A DNA stretch of 64,000 nt from Phycisphaerae bacterium (GCA_963675745.2 CAXXWX010000006.1:96001-160000), one strand, 5' to 3'. Positions 19,533 to 30,247 are shown, numbered from the stretch's first letter. Made by a program: numbers and translations. Notes: a model not told the origin generated them from the sequence alone.

Positions 19533-22500
19533 CTATTGTCGCCGCGGGCGGCGAACGAACGCCACGGCCAGGCCGGCGAGCAGCAGCGCGACGACCGGCA
19601 ATGCACAGGGGCCGCTGGTCGGAGTGCTTCCGTCTGTTCCGCTGATGTCACTGCCATCACTGGTCCCATCGCCGGCGGCGTTGGGGTCGTTGGGATCGGC
19701 GGGGGCGTTCGGATCGTTCGGATCGCTCGGACTATTCGGGTCGTTCGGGTCGCCCGGTTGCACAGGCTGGGCCGCGAGCGTGCTGAATGACCACATGGGC
19801 CCGGCGTTGACGCCACGAGAATTCCGTGAGACCACGCGCCAATAGTAAGCCCGCCCCGACTCCAGGCCGGCAACTTCAACTTCCGTATCGGTCGTCGTTG
19901 TGATCAGGTCATCCTCGTTCGGAACCAGCTTGGTTGTCACGTAGACGTCATACTCATCCGCGATCGGCGATCCGACCCACGCGAGCTTCACCGGCAATTC
20001 CACGCCGCTCGCCAAATGGGCTGGATTCGGCGACGTGGGGGTGGATGGCCGCGCGAACGAGACCCGCTCTTTCTCGGTGATAACCACTACGGCGGCGGGG
20101 ATGCCCGTCGCGGACGCCTGGATGCGACCGTTGTTGTTGCGGTTGTCCGAGTCAGCCACCGCCTGGACACTGACATATTGGAAGACGTTGTAGGGCGTCT
20201 CGCCGTCGGCACGTGTGAAGGTGAGCGTCGTCGGCCCGAGCAGCTTGATGTCGGGGTCGCCGAGCAATTCGGCCACGCTTACCAGAACATCGCCTTCCGG
20301 CTCGCCGTTAAGTCGCACACCAAAGTCGACCGTCTCCCATTCACCAATCTCCAGCGTTGACGTTGATAATTCGAGCAGTAGCTGGTCGTTTTCGATTTCC
20401 GTGACGCGCAGATCCTGAAAGAGCCCCTGCTGGGTCGCGAAATTCACGCGGAACGTAGCGCTGCCGTCCACCCGATCGGCGTCCTCGAGCGCTGAAAACG
20501 TCACGGGCAGACCGCCGATCCAGTTAGTCTCGTCGAATGTCAGGACGTCACCCGACCGCACGCTTACGTCGCTATCACCTTCCAGACGCTCGATGCGAAC
20601 TTCCATCTCCTCGCCGTCGGGTGGCGGTGCGTTCAGCGAGACGAGCACTGAAACCTCGTCGCCTTCGGGCACGCGAATCTGCCCCGTGCTGGTGACGACC
20701 TTCAGTTCATCCTCGTCCTCATCGTAAACATCAACGGTCTTGGAAGCCTTGATGGCGGTCTCGGCGATTACCACGAACTCGGCGTGCCCGTCCAGAAAGT
20801 CCTGCGGGTCTTCGGCGGCTTCGACAATCACCTCGCGCGGCGTGTCCCAGTCGGAGATCGTAAACGTCAAGCGTGGATCGGAGATGATGTTGATGTTGTG
20901 GGCACCGCCCGTCTTGGCGAGCGTGACCTTGGTTGGTACGCAGGGCGGATTCGCCAATTGGACCGTAAACGTGCCTTGCTCTCCCTCCGCAAGGTCGATG
21001 CGCGTCGGTGAGACTTCCAGATCCACATCCGTATCGGCGGCCACCGCGTTGACGTCGGCCGAGGGACGATCAACGCCCGCGGGATAAGAAACGCGTATAA
21101 CGGCCTGCTCATCACATGCATCGGCGTCGGAATTGGCCGTCAGCGTCACCGTCTGTGGCACGGCCCAGTTATCCTGCGTAAACGTCAGAGTCGCCGGCGA
21201 CGGTGAGGTTATCGCAATGCCCGTGTCGCCCGACACGTGCTCGACCGCGAGCGACCACGCGGGATCGGTCGGCGGGGTAACGAGCTGAACCGAGAAGCTC
21301 GCGCTCGAGCCTTCGGGGATCACCACGTATTGTGGGCTGATCAACGGCGCCAGCGTGTCTCCAATTGCCATCGCACCGGTGATAACGATGGCGAATTCCT
21401 GCTTCCCTGCCCCCAGTTCGGACAGCTCCTCACCCTTGTGCGTGACCGTGATTTCAAACGCGTCGTCACCCGGATCCTCGACCAGGATCTGCTCCACATT
21501 GTCGACCGTATTGTCGCCCAACTCGGCCGGCGCCGACGGTGTCGTGGGATCCAGCCTCCATGGCTGGTACACCGCGCCGCTGGTCGTGGAACGCACGCGG
21601 ACGTCCAGGTCATTTACCAGCATTGCATCACGCGGGTTCAGCGAGGCCGCAACCGGCGTGCCCGGCAAATCGGTCCAGACCATGGTCACCTTCAGCGGCT
21701 CACCGACTTCACCCAGTGGCGGGGCCTTTGTGGTGGATGTCGCGGCGTACAGCGTGACACTGGCTGGTACGGCTTCGCCGCCACTTTCCGGGTCTTCAGG
21801 TTCGAGCGTCTGAAGCGAGACCGTCGCCGGCAGTAGTAGATCGCGGCTGATGACATCGACCGCTTTCTTGACGTTCATCAGCCCCCAGCCGTAGACGTAA
21901 TCGGGCCCCACGGAGGGGCCACATTCATCGGTGGTGTGGATCACGAGCGCCTTCAGCATCGCCGAGTTGAGGTCATCGGGCGTGTGCGTGTTTCCGTAGT
22001 GCTCGATGAGCAACCCCAGTGCGCCGGTCACCGATGGAGAGGACATGGACGTGCCGGAGTATTCGGCATAGGCCTTGGTGGAACCGGTCAGGGTGGAATA
22101 CGTGTCGACACCCTTGGCGACAACGTCGGGCTTTACGCGGCCGTCGTCGACCGGTCCCCACGACGAAAACGTGGATATTTCGACGCTTGCCGGACCGCCG
22201 TAGCCACCTTCAATCTCCTTGACGGCCCCGACGGACAGGCCGTTTTTGCAGGTGGCCTGGCCGTTTATGCAGTCATACCCCTCTTCGTTGCCGTCAGGGT
22301 TGCGATCCGCCGTGCTCTGGTCAAAAGTGAATGACGACGGATTGAACACGTAGTGGACGCCGCCCGCCGGCGGGCCGGTGTCCGTGCGATCGTTGCCAGC
22401 GGAAAAGACCGGCAGGTAGGACTTTCGATTGTAGCAGATCGTGTCCCAGCGCTGCGCCTCGATGTCGTAGAAGCCGAATTTGTAGTCTTCCTTGTCGCTG

Positions 22501-23156
22501 ATCGATGTGTCGCCATACCAGAACCAGATCTCTTCGAACCCGAAGCCGTAATCGACCTGAAAGCCGGCCGCCCGGCCGTATGAGTGGTTGGATGCGCGCA
22601 GGCCGGCGGCGGCGGCGGCGGCGGCCTCATTCATGTCGTTGTTGAAGTCGTAGGCGTTTACGGTCGCCGCGTACGACATGCCCCTGGCGCGCGAATCGAC
22701 ACCGGCGGCGATCATGGTTCCGGTTACGTGAGTTGCGTGATCATCCTCCCAGAACGGGTTATCCATCTGCACGACGCGGCCGCGCAGCTCCTGGTGCGCG
22801 TCGTTGACGCGCCCGCCGTCCCAGACGCCGAGCGTGACCCCCTCACCGGTCAGCGTCAGTCCCGCACCTCCGCCGGGCCAAACCTCGTCGGCGCTGATTG
22901 TGTCCGCCGCTCCCAGGTTGTGCGTGACGTAATACACCGGCCAGCCGTCCTCCACGCGCTGCAATTCCAGCACGCGTCCGTTCGGACCCACCGAGCGGAT
23001 CGGCCAGTCGTACTTCTGCGCCATGGCGATGGCGTCTTCCTGCTCGATGATCGTGACTTCGGCGGCGATGCCGGGGACCGCGAGCACGATGACAATCAGT
23101 GCCCGACACATAAGTCCGGTGCGAACACCCTTCGGTGACGAATCCATGCGCGACAT
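19533..23156 (-). CDS. Large secreted S8 protease with four Calx-beta-like repeats, an Fn3-like domain and a C-terminal membrane anchor
   Basis: Triad VWDGG, HATHVTG, GTSMSSP; four repeats of EG..F.V.L...LTF...W; YYWRV; DPN-rich linker; tail CALPVVALLLAGLAVAFVRRPRRQ. Confidence 0.92.
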   Translation of the reverse strand: MSRMDSSPKGVRTGLMCRALIVIVLAVPGIAAEVTIIEQEDAIAMAQKYDWPIRSVGPNGRVLELQRVEDGWPVYYVTHNLGAADTISADEVWPGGGAGLTLTGEGVTLGVWDGGRVNDAHQELRGRVVQMDNPFWEDDHATHVTGTMIAAGVDSRARGMSYAATVNAYDFNNDMNEAAAAAAAGLRASNHSYGRAAGFQVDYGFGFEEIWFWYGDTSISDKEDYKFGFYDIEAQRWDTICYNRKSYLPVFSAGNDRTDTGPPAGGVHYVFNPSSFTFDQSTADRNPDGNEEGYDCINGQATCKNGLSVGAVKEIEGGYGGPASVEISTFSSWGPVDDGRVKPDVVAKGVDTYSTLTGSTKAYAEYSGTSMSSPSVTGALGLLIEHYGNTHTPDDLNSAMLKALVIHTTDECGPSVGPDYVYGWGLMNVKKAVDVISRDLLLPATVSLQTLEPEDPESGGEAVPASVTLYAATSTTKAPPLGEVGEPLKVTMVWTDLPGTPVAASLNPRDAMLVNDLDVRVRSTTSGAVYQPWRLDPTTPSAPAELGDNTVDNVEQILVEDPGDDAFEITVTHKGEELSELGAGKQEFAIVITGAMAIGDTLAPLISPQYVVIPEGSSASFSVQLVTPPTDPAWSLAVEHVSGDTGIAITSPSPATLTFTQDNWAVPQTVTLTANSDADACDEQAVIRVSYPAGVDRPSADVNAVAADTDVDLEVSPTRIDLAEGEQGTFTVQLANPPCVPTKVTLAKTGGAHNINIISDPRLTFTISDWDTPREVIVEAAEDPQDFLDGHAEFVVIAETAIKASKTVDVYDEDEDELKVVTSTGQIRVPEGDEVSVLVSLNAPPPDGEEMEVRIERLEGDSDVSVRSGDVLTFDETNWIGGLPVTFSALEDADRVDGSATFRVNFATQQGLFQDLRVTEIENDQLLLELSTSTLEIGEWETVDFGVRLNGEPEGDVLVSVAELLGDPDIKLLGPTTLTFTRADGETPYNVFQYVSVQAVADSDNRNNNGRIQASATGIPAAVVVITEKERVSFARPSTPTSPNPAHLASGVELPVKLAWVGSPIADEYDVYVTTKLVPNEDDLITTTTDTEVEVAGLESGRAYYWRVVSRNSRGVNAGPMWSFSTLAAQPVQPGDPNDPNSPSDPNDPNAPADPNDPNAAGDGTSDGSDISGTDGSTPTSGPCALPVVALLLAGLAVAFVRRPRRQ

Positions 23157-23490
23157 CGCAAACCTCCGCTATTCCCCGCGACTACCGGGTTACGCCAAGC
23201 GGCGTGCGACGATGGAACTGACCACCGTCAGGCGTCACCCGGCAACATATGGGCGGGAACCTGTTCATTCAGATCCGGCTACACTTCTCCCGCGTCACGC
23301 CCAGCGCGCAAAACGAAGCGCACTGGCGCAACACCAGCACACCCTGCCACTTCTGACGATGCGGCAGGTAGTCCACTGTGTATATGCTACCACCCCTGGC
23401 AAGATCGTCCAGTCGGCGAGCGGGTCGAGCGAACGACCGTATTGGCCCTGGGACTTTCGCCGACCGCGACGCGACGTATGATGGACCGCC

Positions 23491-24594
23491 ATGAGTGACA
23501 CACGCCGTCACTTCGTTTTCGCCGGTGGTGGTACCGGTGGCCACCTGATCCCGGGTATCACCGTCGCGCGCGCCGTGCGCCGACGACAGCCCGACGCGCC
23601 CGTAACATTCTTCACCACCAACCGCCCGCTCGACCGCCAACTGCTGGCGGAAGATGATTTCGACCAGGTCGTGCAACCGGTGCAACCCCTGACCACACGG
23701 CCGTGGCATTGGCCGGGGTTCTTGCGGGCGTGGCGGCATAGCGTGCGACAAGCACAGGAGTTTATCCGGACGCACAAGCCGCTGGCCGTGCTTGGCCTGG
23801 GCGGATATGCCGCTGGACCACCCGTTGTCGCCGCACACCGTCTCAACATGCGGCGTGCCATACTCAACCCCGATGCGATCCCCGGGCGTGCCAACCGCTA
23901 TCTCGCTTCCCGATCAGAACTTGTCTTCCTCCAGTGGGCGGACTCCGCCGGGCGATTTCCGAGCGGCACACGGTGTGAGAGCGTTGGTTGCCCGATCCGC
24001 GATGGTTTTGGGCACATCAGCCCAGACGCCGGTAGGCAGGCGTTTGGCCTGGACCTTGACCGTCCAGTGCTGCTGGCCACCGGGGCCTCGCAGGGGGCGA
24101 GGACGCTAAACCTTGCCATGCAAAGAGCTTGGCCCAAGCTCGTGGCCGGGCACCCGGAGTGGCAGCTACTGCATTTGACCGGTCCGGCGGATGAGAATGC
24201 CACGCGTGCGGCGTACCAGGCCGCCGGCGTCGGCGCTCATGTAGTGGCCTTCACGCACGAGATGCCGGCGGCACTGGCCGCCGCCGATGTCGTCGTGTCG
24301 CGCGCGGGGGCGTCAACGCTGGCCGAAATCAGCGCCGTCGGACGGGCGGCCGTGCTGCTGCCTTACCCCTATCACCGCGATCGCCATCAGCATGCCAACG
24401 CGGACGTGCTGGTCAAAGCCGGCGCCGCGGTTGTCGTTGAGGATCAACGCCTGCCCGAGTTGAACAGCGGGCCGCTGCTAGCCGCAATCGAACCGTTGCT
24501 GAATGCGCACCATCGATCCGCGATGGAATTGGCGTCGAGACACCTGGGACGTGCCGACGCGGCGGAGCGTGTGGCCGCCTGGTTGCTGAGCTAA
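23491..24594 (+). CDS. murG: MurG glycosyltransferase
   Basis: AGGGTGGHLIPG; GLGGY; GASQGA; SRAGASTLAE; HQHANA. Confidence 0.95.
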   Translation: MSDTRRHFVFAGGGTGGHLIPGITVARAVRRRQPDAPVTFFTTNRPLDRQLLAEDDFDQVVQPVQPLTTRPWHWPGFLRAWRHSVRQAQEFIRTHKPLAVLGLGGYAAGPPVVAAHRLNMRRAILNPDAIPGRANRYLASRSELVFLQWADSAGRFPSGTRCESVGCPIRDGFGHISPDAGRQAFGLDLDRPVLLATGASQGARTLNLAMQRAWPKLVAGHPEWQLLHLTGPADENATRAAYQAAGVGAHVVAFTHEMPAALAAADVVVSRAGASTLAEISAVGRAAVLLPYPYHRDRHQHANADVLVKAGAAVVVEDQRLPELNSGPLLAAIEPLLNAHHRSAMELASRHLGRADAAERVAAWLLS

Positions 24595-24603
24595 CCGGAG
24601 GCC

Positions 24604-24665
24604 GGCAAACAGGCTGCCGGGACGCGCAACCGACAACGTGGTGCGATCCCGGCAGTCTGTTTGCC
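24604..24665. terminator. Likely bidirectional terminator hairpin
   Basis: GGCAAACAGGCTGCCGGGA/TCCCGGCAGTCTGTTTGCC between the convergent murG and C25 genes. Confidence 0.7.
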
Positions 24666-24684
24666 CGTTAGCCTGATGGCAGTT

Positions 24685-27600
24685 CTATTCGCTGGCCATC
24701 TGCGCGATGAACGCGTCGATGTCGCCGTTGTTCACCGCGCCATCTTCATTGCAGTCCGCGAGTTCAAAGTCACAGTCCGGATACGTGGCCGCGTAGGCCG
24801 TCGCGTCAGATATCGCGAGCACAAACGCATCGATGTCGCCGTTGTTGGCGACTCCATCACAGTTCAAATCGCCGAGATCGAAACCTGCATCGCACGGCCC
24901 CAAACCAGAGAAGTTCATCTCGACAAAATCGAGCGCGACACCGGCACCGTCAGAGAGCCCGACCGCCGCGTCCGGTGTGTCGATTCCCAGATAGCTGAGC
25001 ACAATCACGCCGTTGAAGAACATCTCGAACTGGAACGTGTTGCTGCTGGAAGTCGAATACTCGGGGACATTGGTGAATGTCACGACGAAGCGATCGCCGA
25101 ACTCCTCATAACTCACGGTGCCTCCCGCGTTGGGCGAGAGATCGTCAAAGAGCGCCGAGACTCGCGGCAGATCGTAGTGATCCGAGATGGACTCGGTGTA
25201 GTCGGTGTCGCTTTCGGTGAAAGTGAGATACCCGTTGGAACCGATGTATACGCCGCTGTAATCAACGCCATACAGGCTCACCGTTCCGGCGGTCAGCGTT
25301 ATGTACTCGGATGAGTCGTCGGATAGGGTGAGCGTTGTCGCGCCGGGCGCCGAAGGCAGCGCCAGGATGTCCGTGCAACAAGCATGGTAGAAGTCCACCG
25401 GATCGCCCGGCGTGAAGCGCATACTCAGATAACCCAGGTCCACCGGCTTGGTGTCGGTGAACAGCTCGGCAAAGAAATCGGGCACCTCGGGTGTATGGAA
25501 GGAATAGCAGGCTCCACCGTTGTCATCGATGCTGATGTTTCCGGCCTCGTCCTCGACCTGCATGATGTAATAGTAGGTGACGTTATCCATGAGGTCCGTA
25601 AGTGTGATGGTCGGCGTGGTTGTCAGCGATCCGCCGGTCGCCTGCTCGGTCAGGTCACCACAACTGAGGCCGTAGTGGACGGTGCCGAACGCGGGCTCAT
25701 CCGTGTCGCAGGTGAGCGTTGCCTCACGGGCTTGCACGTCCAGCGCCTGGACATTTGAGATCGCCGGCGGTATGCAGTCGATTGACGCCGTGGCAACCAC
25801 CGGCACGCCATACCCGCCCTGTCCGTTGTCATCGTCGATGTAGGTGGCGCTGAGCGTGTCAGCGGGCGAGACCTGTACGATCCCGGCGCCATCCACGTCG
25901 CTCAGCGTCACGGTGCCTTCAAACTGGGCCGTCGCCGGGCCGGTTTCGTAGAGCACGATATCTTCGCCGGCCGGTTCGGTATTGGAGGCGATGTTCACCG
26001 ACACGGACTCGACGGCGTCCGGGTTGGTATTAAGTCCACAGTCCGCCACGCGCACGATTGCGTCGATGTTGCACGCATAGATGTCACGGTCCAACCGGAT
26101 AGTCCCGGCATCCATGCACGTGACGCGCATGCGCAGGGCGGGATCGCCAAAGATGTGCCACGTGTCGAACATATCGACACCGCCGGAACCGTACTCGTCC
26201 ATCATCAGGCACGAACCGGCGTAGCAGAGCGCGCCATAGCTGATGTAGCTCTCGGCGACGAGCAGGTCGACAAACTCATCCTGGGCGGCCATGGGTGGTG
26301 CCCACGACTGGTTGATCGAGGACATATAGGCGGCGGCGGCGCCGGTCGGTTCTCCATTATTCGTCGCGCGCAGCCAGGCCTCGCCGAAGCAAGTCGGGCC
26401 GTCGAAGTCGCCGTTGACGCAGGCGACGCTGAAGATCACCGGCAACATGTTGTCGTTGACGAGGCCGTTGACATTGGTGGTGCTGAAGCCGGTGGTTGAC
26501 CACGACGTGGTGCTGCCGTGACCGACGTAGTTAACCAGCCCGCGGCCGGCATTAAGGGCGTTGGTGACGTCCGCGGACGAGGCGCTCGGGTCGTAAATCT
26601 GGTCGACCGGATCGTAGCCGTAGGCCAACAGATCGGCGCGGATGTTGTCCATGTGCTCCCAGTCGGCTTCGCCATCATCGCCGATTCCCGCCCCTTGGTC
26701 CGACGCGATGCCGGTGGCCCGCCAGAACCAATCCTGCGTAGGGGCCGGCATGGTCTCGTACTCGACGGTGCGCTCGACCTGCGTGTCAACGTGGGCGGCG
26801 GACTCCGCGGAGAAACGACCAACGATGATATCGGGGTAGTCGTCGCCGCCGGCGAGCTTGGCATATGTCGGGTCGGCGGCATCGCCGCCCGTCATTGCGG
26901 GTGCGACCTGCGTGTAATCACCCACCAGCAGCACAAATGCCAGATCGCTGGTGTTATACAGGTTCTGGATGTAGTTCTTGATCGAGGTCGAGTCGTTGCC
27001 GATCGTCGAGACGCCGACCAGCGTGGTGGGTATGCCGACGGCGTTGCGGTGATCGACGAGCGGTTGCACGTTTGCCAGCCACGCGTCATACGCGATGATC
27101 AGCATCTCGCCTTCTTCGTCGAGCGGCGTGTAGCGCAGCCCGGCGCCATAGTTCACGAAGTGGTGGCCATAGATCTGATGGAACGCCAAACTGAGCTTCT
27201 TCTGCCGCGTATCGGCTCGCGGCGCAATGAGGGCCGCGGTGCCGTCGGGCACCACTTCCAGCGTCAGATTTGTGTAGACCCGCAGCGTGCCGCGGACCGG
27301 GTTATACTGGAACGGGTGTACCTTGACGACGACGCCACGATGATCGCGCAGAACGTAAGGCTCACCCAGCGACGCAATGTCGCCCGGGAAGAACGCATCA
27401 GTCTTGTAGGCGGGGCCGAATGAGTACGGCACCGTTTGCGGATCGATTGTGCGGAGCAGGTTACCTTTGGACGGAGCGATGTCGGCGGCAATCTCGTAGT
27501 AGTCCGCCGCGAGAACATTCACGGCCACGTCGAACTCATCCGAGATTATTACGCTGCGATGCACCTGGGGCAGCGCGGGCGCTCCGGCCTGTAGCATAAC

Positions 27601-27840
27601 CGGCTCGCCGCTCAGCACCGGAGCACTGTATTTCGCGCCGTTGATCTCGATCGTCCTGGCGTTGAACTCGCCGAACGAGTATTCGAGCACGACGCGATCG
27701 GGCGAGTTTTCCAGCACTTGCAGATCAACGGCGGCGGGGGCTCCGCCCATGCCGGCTGTAACCGAGGTGCTGCCAATCAAAACCGCCAGACAGCTCAGCG
27801 CCGTGCCGATGTGCCCAACGTGTGTGCGACCGAATGCCAT
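24685..27840 (-). CDS. Gingipain-like C25 cysteine peptidase with propeptide and dockerin-like tail
   Basis: PSKGNLLR propeptide; VLLVGD; VGRFSAE; NYVGHGS (His) and SVACVNG (Cys); FGDPAL; GDLNCDG tail; RBS AGGAGG. Confidence 0.92.
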   Translation of the reverse strand: MAFGRTHVGHIGTALSCLAVLIGSTSVTAGMGGAPAAVDLQVLENSPDRVVLEYSFGEFNARTIEINGAKYSAPVLSGEPVMLQAGAPALPQVHRSVIISDEFDVAVNVLAADYYEIAADIAPSKGNLLRTIDPQTVPYSFGPAYKTDAFFPGDIASLGEPYVLRDHRGVVVKVHPFQYNPVRGTLRVYTNLTLEVVPDGTAALIAPRADTRQKKLSLAFHQIYGHHFVNYGAGLRYTPLDEEGEMLIIAYDAWLANVQPLVDHRNAVGIPTTLVGVSTIGNDSTSIKNYIQNLYNTSDLAFVLLVGDYTQVAPAMTGGDAADPTYAKLAGGDDYPDIIVGRFSAESAAHVDTQVERTVEYETMPAPTQDWFWRATGIASDQGAGIGDDGEADWEHMDNIRADLLAYGYDPVDQIYDPSASSADVTNALNAGRGLVNYVGHGSTTSWSTTGFSTTNVNGLVNDNMLPVIFSVACVNGDFDGPTCFGEAWLRATNNGEPTGAAAAYMSSINQSWAPPMAAQDEFVDLLVAESYISYGALCYAGSCLMMDEYGSGGVDMFDTWHIFGDPALRMRVTCMDAGTIRLDRDIYACNIDAIVRVADCGLNTNPDAVESVSVNIASNTEPAGEDIVLYETGPATAQFEGTVTLSDVDGAGIVQVSPADTLSATYIDDDNGQGGYGVPVVATASIDCIPPAISNVQALDVQAREATLTCDTDEPAFGTVHYGLSCGDLTEQATGGSLTTTPTITLTDLMDNVTYYYIMQVEDEAGNISIDDNGGACYSFHTPEVPDFFAELFTDTKPVDLGYLSMRFTPGDPVDFYHACCTDILALPSAPGATTLTLSDDSSEYITLTAGTVSLYGVDYSGVYIGSNGYLTFTESDTDYTESISDHYDLPRVSALFDDLSPNAGGTVSYEEFGDRFVVTFTNVPEYSTSSSNTFQFEMFFNGVIVLSYLGIDTPDAAVGLSDGAGVALDFVEMNFSGLGPCDAGFDLGDLNCDGVANNGDIDAFVLAISDATAYAATYPDCDFELADCNEDGAVNNGDIDAFIAQMASE

Positions 27841-28304
27841 AACGCTGCCTCCTGATTTGGCGCCGAGCGCTGCTCGGCTGTTACAGTCCACGCGGCGTGG
27901 TCCCGTGTGCCCTGCGCATGAACATCATCCGGGATGACGGTCGACTCCGGCGACTCGCCATCGATTCTCTCAATCACCGCCACTGGAGGATCGATAGAGC
28001 AGCTTCTTCGGCCGCGCAGACCGCAGCAGCGCGCGCTGCGATGTGTACATAACGTCGGCCACCGATACGGGGGCGTTTACGCGCCGAGGCCGAGGCACGA
28101 CCCGGCACGGTTGGTGGGCCGAGTCGTACAGCGAGCAGATCCGTTTGCCCTCGCGCGTATGTGCCCTTGCACGCCGGTCTTGCGCGGCGTGTAACCTCCA
28201 GGTGATTTCCATATTAGCGGGGAGTTGGTATGTGTGTACACAGATAAATGGAGTATGGCGCGGAAGTCCTATAATGCTGCCGGCGCGTTTATCCACGGAG
28301 ACCC

Positions 28305-30116
28305 ATGGATAACCCTCGATCTGAACAGTTCGATACCGGAGCGATCGGGCGCGTTCGCCGGCACTGGTCAGGCACGTGGCGCGGCGGCCTCCTACTGTGC
28401 GCGGTCTGCCTGATCCTGCACTTGCCCGGCACGCTCGTCCTGCCGCCGATTGATCGCGACGAGTCTCGTTTCGCTGAAGCCACACGCCAAATGCTCATGT
28501 CGGACAGTTGGCGCGGGTACATCGTGCCGGTTGTCGAGGACACGCCGCGCCTCAACAAGCCGCCGCTGACGTACTGGCTGCAAGCGGCGTCGGTGCGGCT
28601 CGTCGGGGGAGGGCCGGACTTCGAGTCGGGCGCGTTGCCCACGGGTGGCATCGTGGCCTATCGGCTGCCCTCGCTTCTGGGGGCCCTGATCGCCGTGCTG
28701 CTCACCTGGCGGCTTGGGGTAGCGCTGTTCGCCGGCCCGGTCGGCTGGCTGGCAGGCGCCCTGCTGGCGTCCTGCACGCTGATCATGGTCGATGTGCGCC
28801 AGGCGCGCGCCGACGAGATTCTGCTCGCGTGTACGGTCGCGGCCCAGTTGTCACTGTGGCACATATGGCATCACCGTCGCCACCCGGGGCCCGCCACAAC
28901 GCGCTGGAGCCTGCTACTGTGGGTGGCGGTCGGCTTCGGAGTGTTGGCGAAGGGGCCGGTCACGCCGGCGGTTGTGGGATTGACTTGTCTGTGTTTGTGT
29001 TTGACGGCCGGGGAGTGGCGCTGGGTGTGGCGACTGCGGCCATCGGTTGGCGGCATCATCGTGCTGCTGATGGTTGGGCCGTGGGTATTGCTTGTGACCG
29101 GCGAGGTCGGGTGGGGCGAGTACTGGCGGCGGTCGATCGTGGACGAGATTCTGGGCCGCAGCGTGGTGGCCCGGGAGAGCCATTGGGGGCCGCCGGGATA
29201 TTACGTTGCCCTGCTGCCGATCATGCTGTGGCCCGGCTCGCTCGCGCTGGTGCCCGCCGCGTGCCTCGCCTGCCGCCGGGGCCTGCGTTTTGGCCGGCCG
29301 CCTGGTACATCGGTGGCAACGGCGTGGCGCCGCTTGTGGCGCTTACGCTCCGGCCGCGACGCGGAGTGTTTCTGCGTCGCATGGGTCATTCCGACGTGGC
29401 TGTTGTTCGAGATTGTCAGCACGAAACTGCCACACTATGCACTGCCGGTCTATCCCGCCCTCGTGCTGTTGTGTGCCCGTGCGCTATGCGCTCGGCGAGC
29501 GATCTGGACCGGTTTTCTGGGCACGCGGGCTGGGCGCGTGGCGGTTGGGGGCTGGGTCGTCCTGAGTTTCGGGATGGCACTGCTTTTGCCGTTGGTGATG
29601 GCGAGTTGTCTGCGCACGGAGCCCGGGCTGCCCGCGATTGGCGCCATCATCATCATTCTGCCGGCGATCGTCGCTTTGCTCGTGGTGGTCGTGCGGAGCG
29701 CGCGCCGGCAGCAGTTCCTCCGCGCACAGTTGTACAGCATTGTGCTGGCCGCCGTGGCGCTTGGCGGCACGTTTCAATTCACGTTGCCAGCGGCCCGCGC
29801 ACTCTGGCTCAGTTCGCGGATGTGGCGTGAAATCACGGTTATTGACGAGGACGTACAACGCCCGTTGGCGGCGGCGGACTACCACGAAGACAGCCTGGTG
29901 TTTCTGTCACGAGGGCGTGTTGCGCGAATAAGCTGGTGGGAACTGCCGGACTGGCTTGCCGGCCACCCGAACGGGTTGGCGGTCACTGAGCGAAAGCCCT
30001 ATCTGGCGATCCCGGGAGTTCGCGAACTGGTGAGCATTCGCGGGCTCAACTACTCCAACGGTCGCTGGCAGGAACTGGTGCTGATCGAGGCCGACCGCCA
30101 GTCAGTTTCACCATAA
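28305..30116 (+). CDS. ArnT-like membrane glycosyltransferase (GT-C fold)
   Basis: DRDESRFAEATRQM; KPPLTYW; LAKGPV; TKLPHYALP; many TM helices. Confidence 0.88.
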   Translation: MDNPRSEQFDTGAIGRVRRHWSGTWRGGLLLCAVCLILHLPGTLVLPPIDRDESRFAEATRQMLMSDSWRGYIVPVVEDTPRLNKPPLTYWLQAASVRLVGGGPDFESGALPTGGIVAYRLPSLLGALIAVLLTWRLGVALFAGPVGWLAGALLASCTLIMVDVRQARADEILLACTVAAQLSLWHIWHHRRHPGPATTRWSLLLWVAVGFGVLAKGPVTPAVVGLTCLCLCLTAGEWRWVWRLRPSVGGIIVLLMVGPWVLLVTGEVGWGEYWRRSIVDEILGRSVVARESHWGPPGYYVALLPIMLWPGSLALVPAACLACRRGLRFGRPPGTSVATAWRRLWRLRSGRDAECFCVAWVIPTWLLFEIVSTKLPHYALPVYPALVLLCARALCARRAIWTGFLGTRAGRVAVGGWVVLSFGMALLLPLVMASCLRTEPGLPAIGAIIIILPAIVALLVVVVRSARRQQFLRAQLYSIVLAAVALGGTFQFTLPAARALWLSSRMWREITVIDEDVQRPLAAADYHEDSLVFLSRGRVARISWWELPDWLAGHPNGLAVTERKPYLAIPGVRELVSIRGLNYSNGRWQELVLIEADRQSVSP

Positions 30117-30247
30117 CGCGTAGCGGCCGCCCCCTGAGTCTGGCCGTGACTGCGAGAGGATACACATTCTCCAGAAACGTCCGACTCGGGGGTCGGACGC
30201 CACACGCTGCGCGCGGGCGTCGTCGCCACTATGCGTTTGAATCGGCA

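Noticed and set aside
28130..28200. GGGCAAAC on the minus strand as a c-di-GMP-I riboswitch
   Set aside because: The GAAA-loop stem and GACGCAAAG segment are missing.
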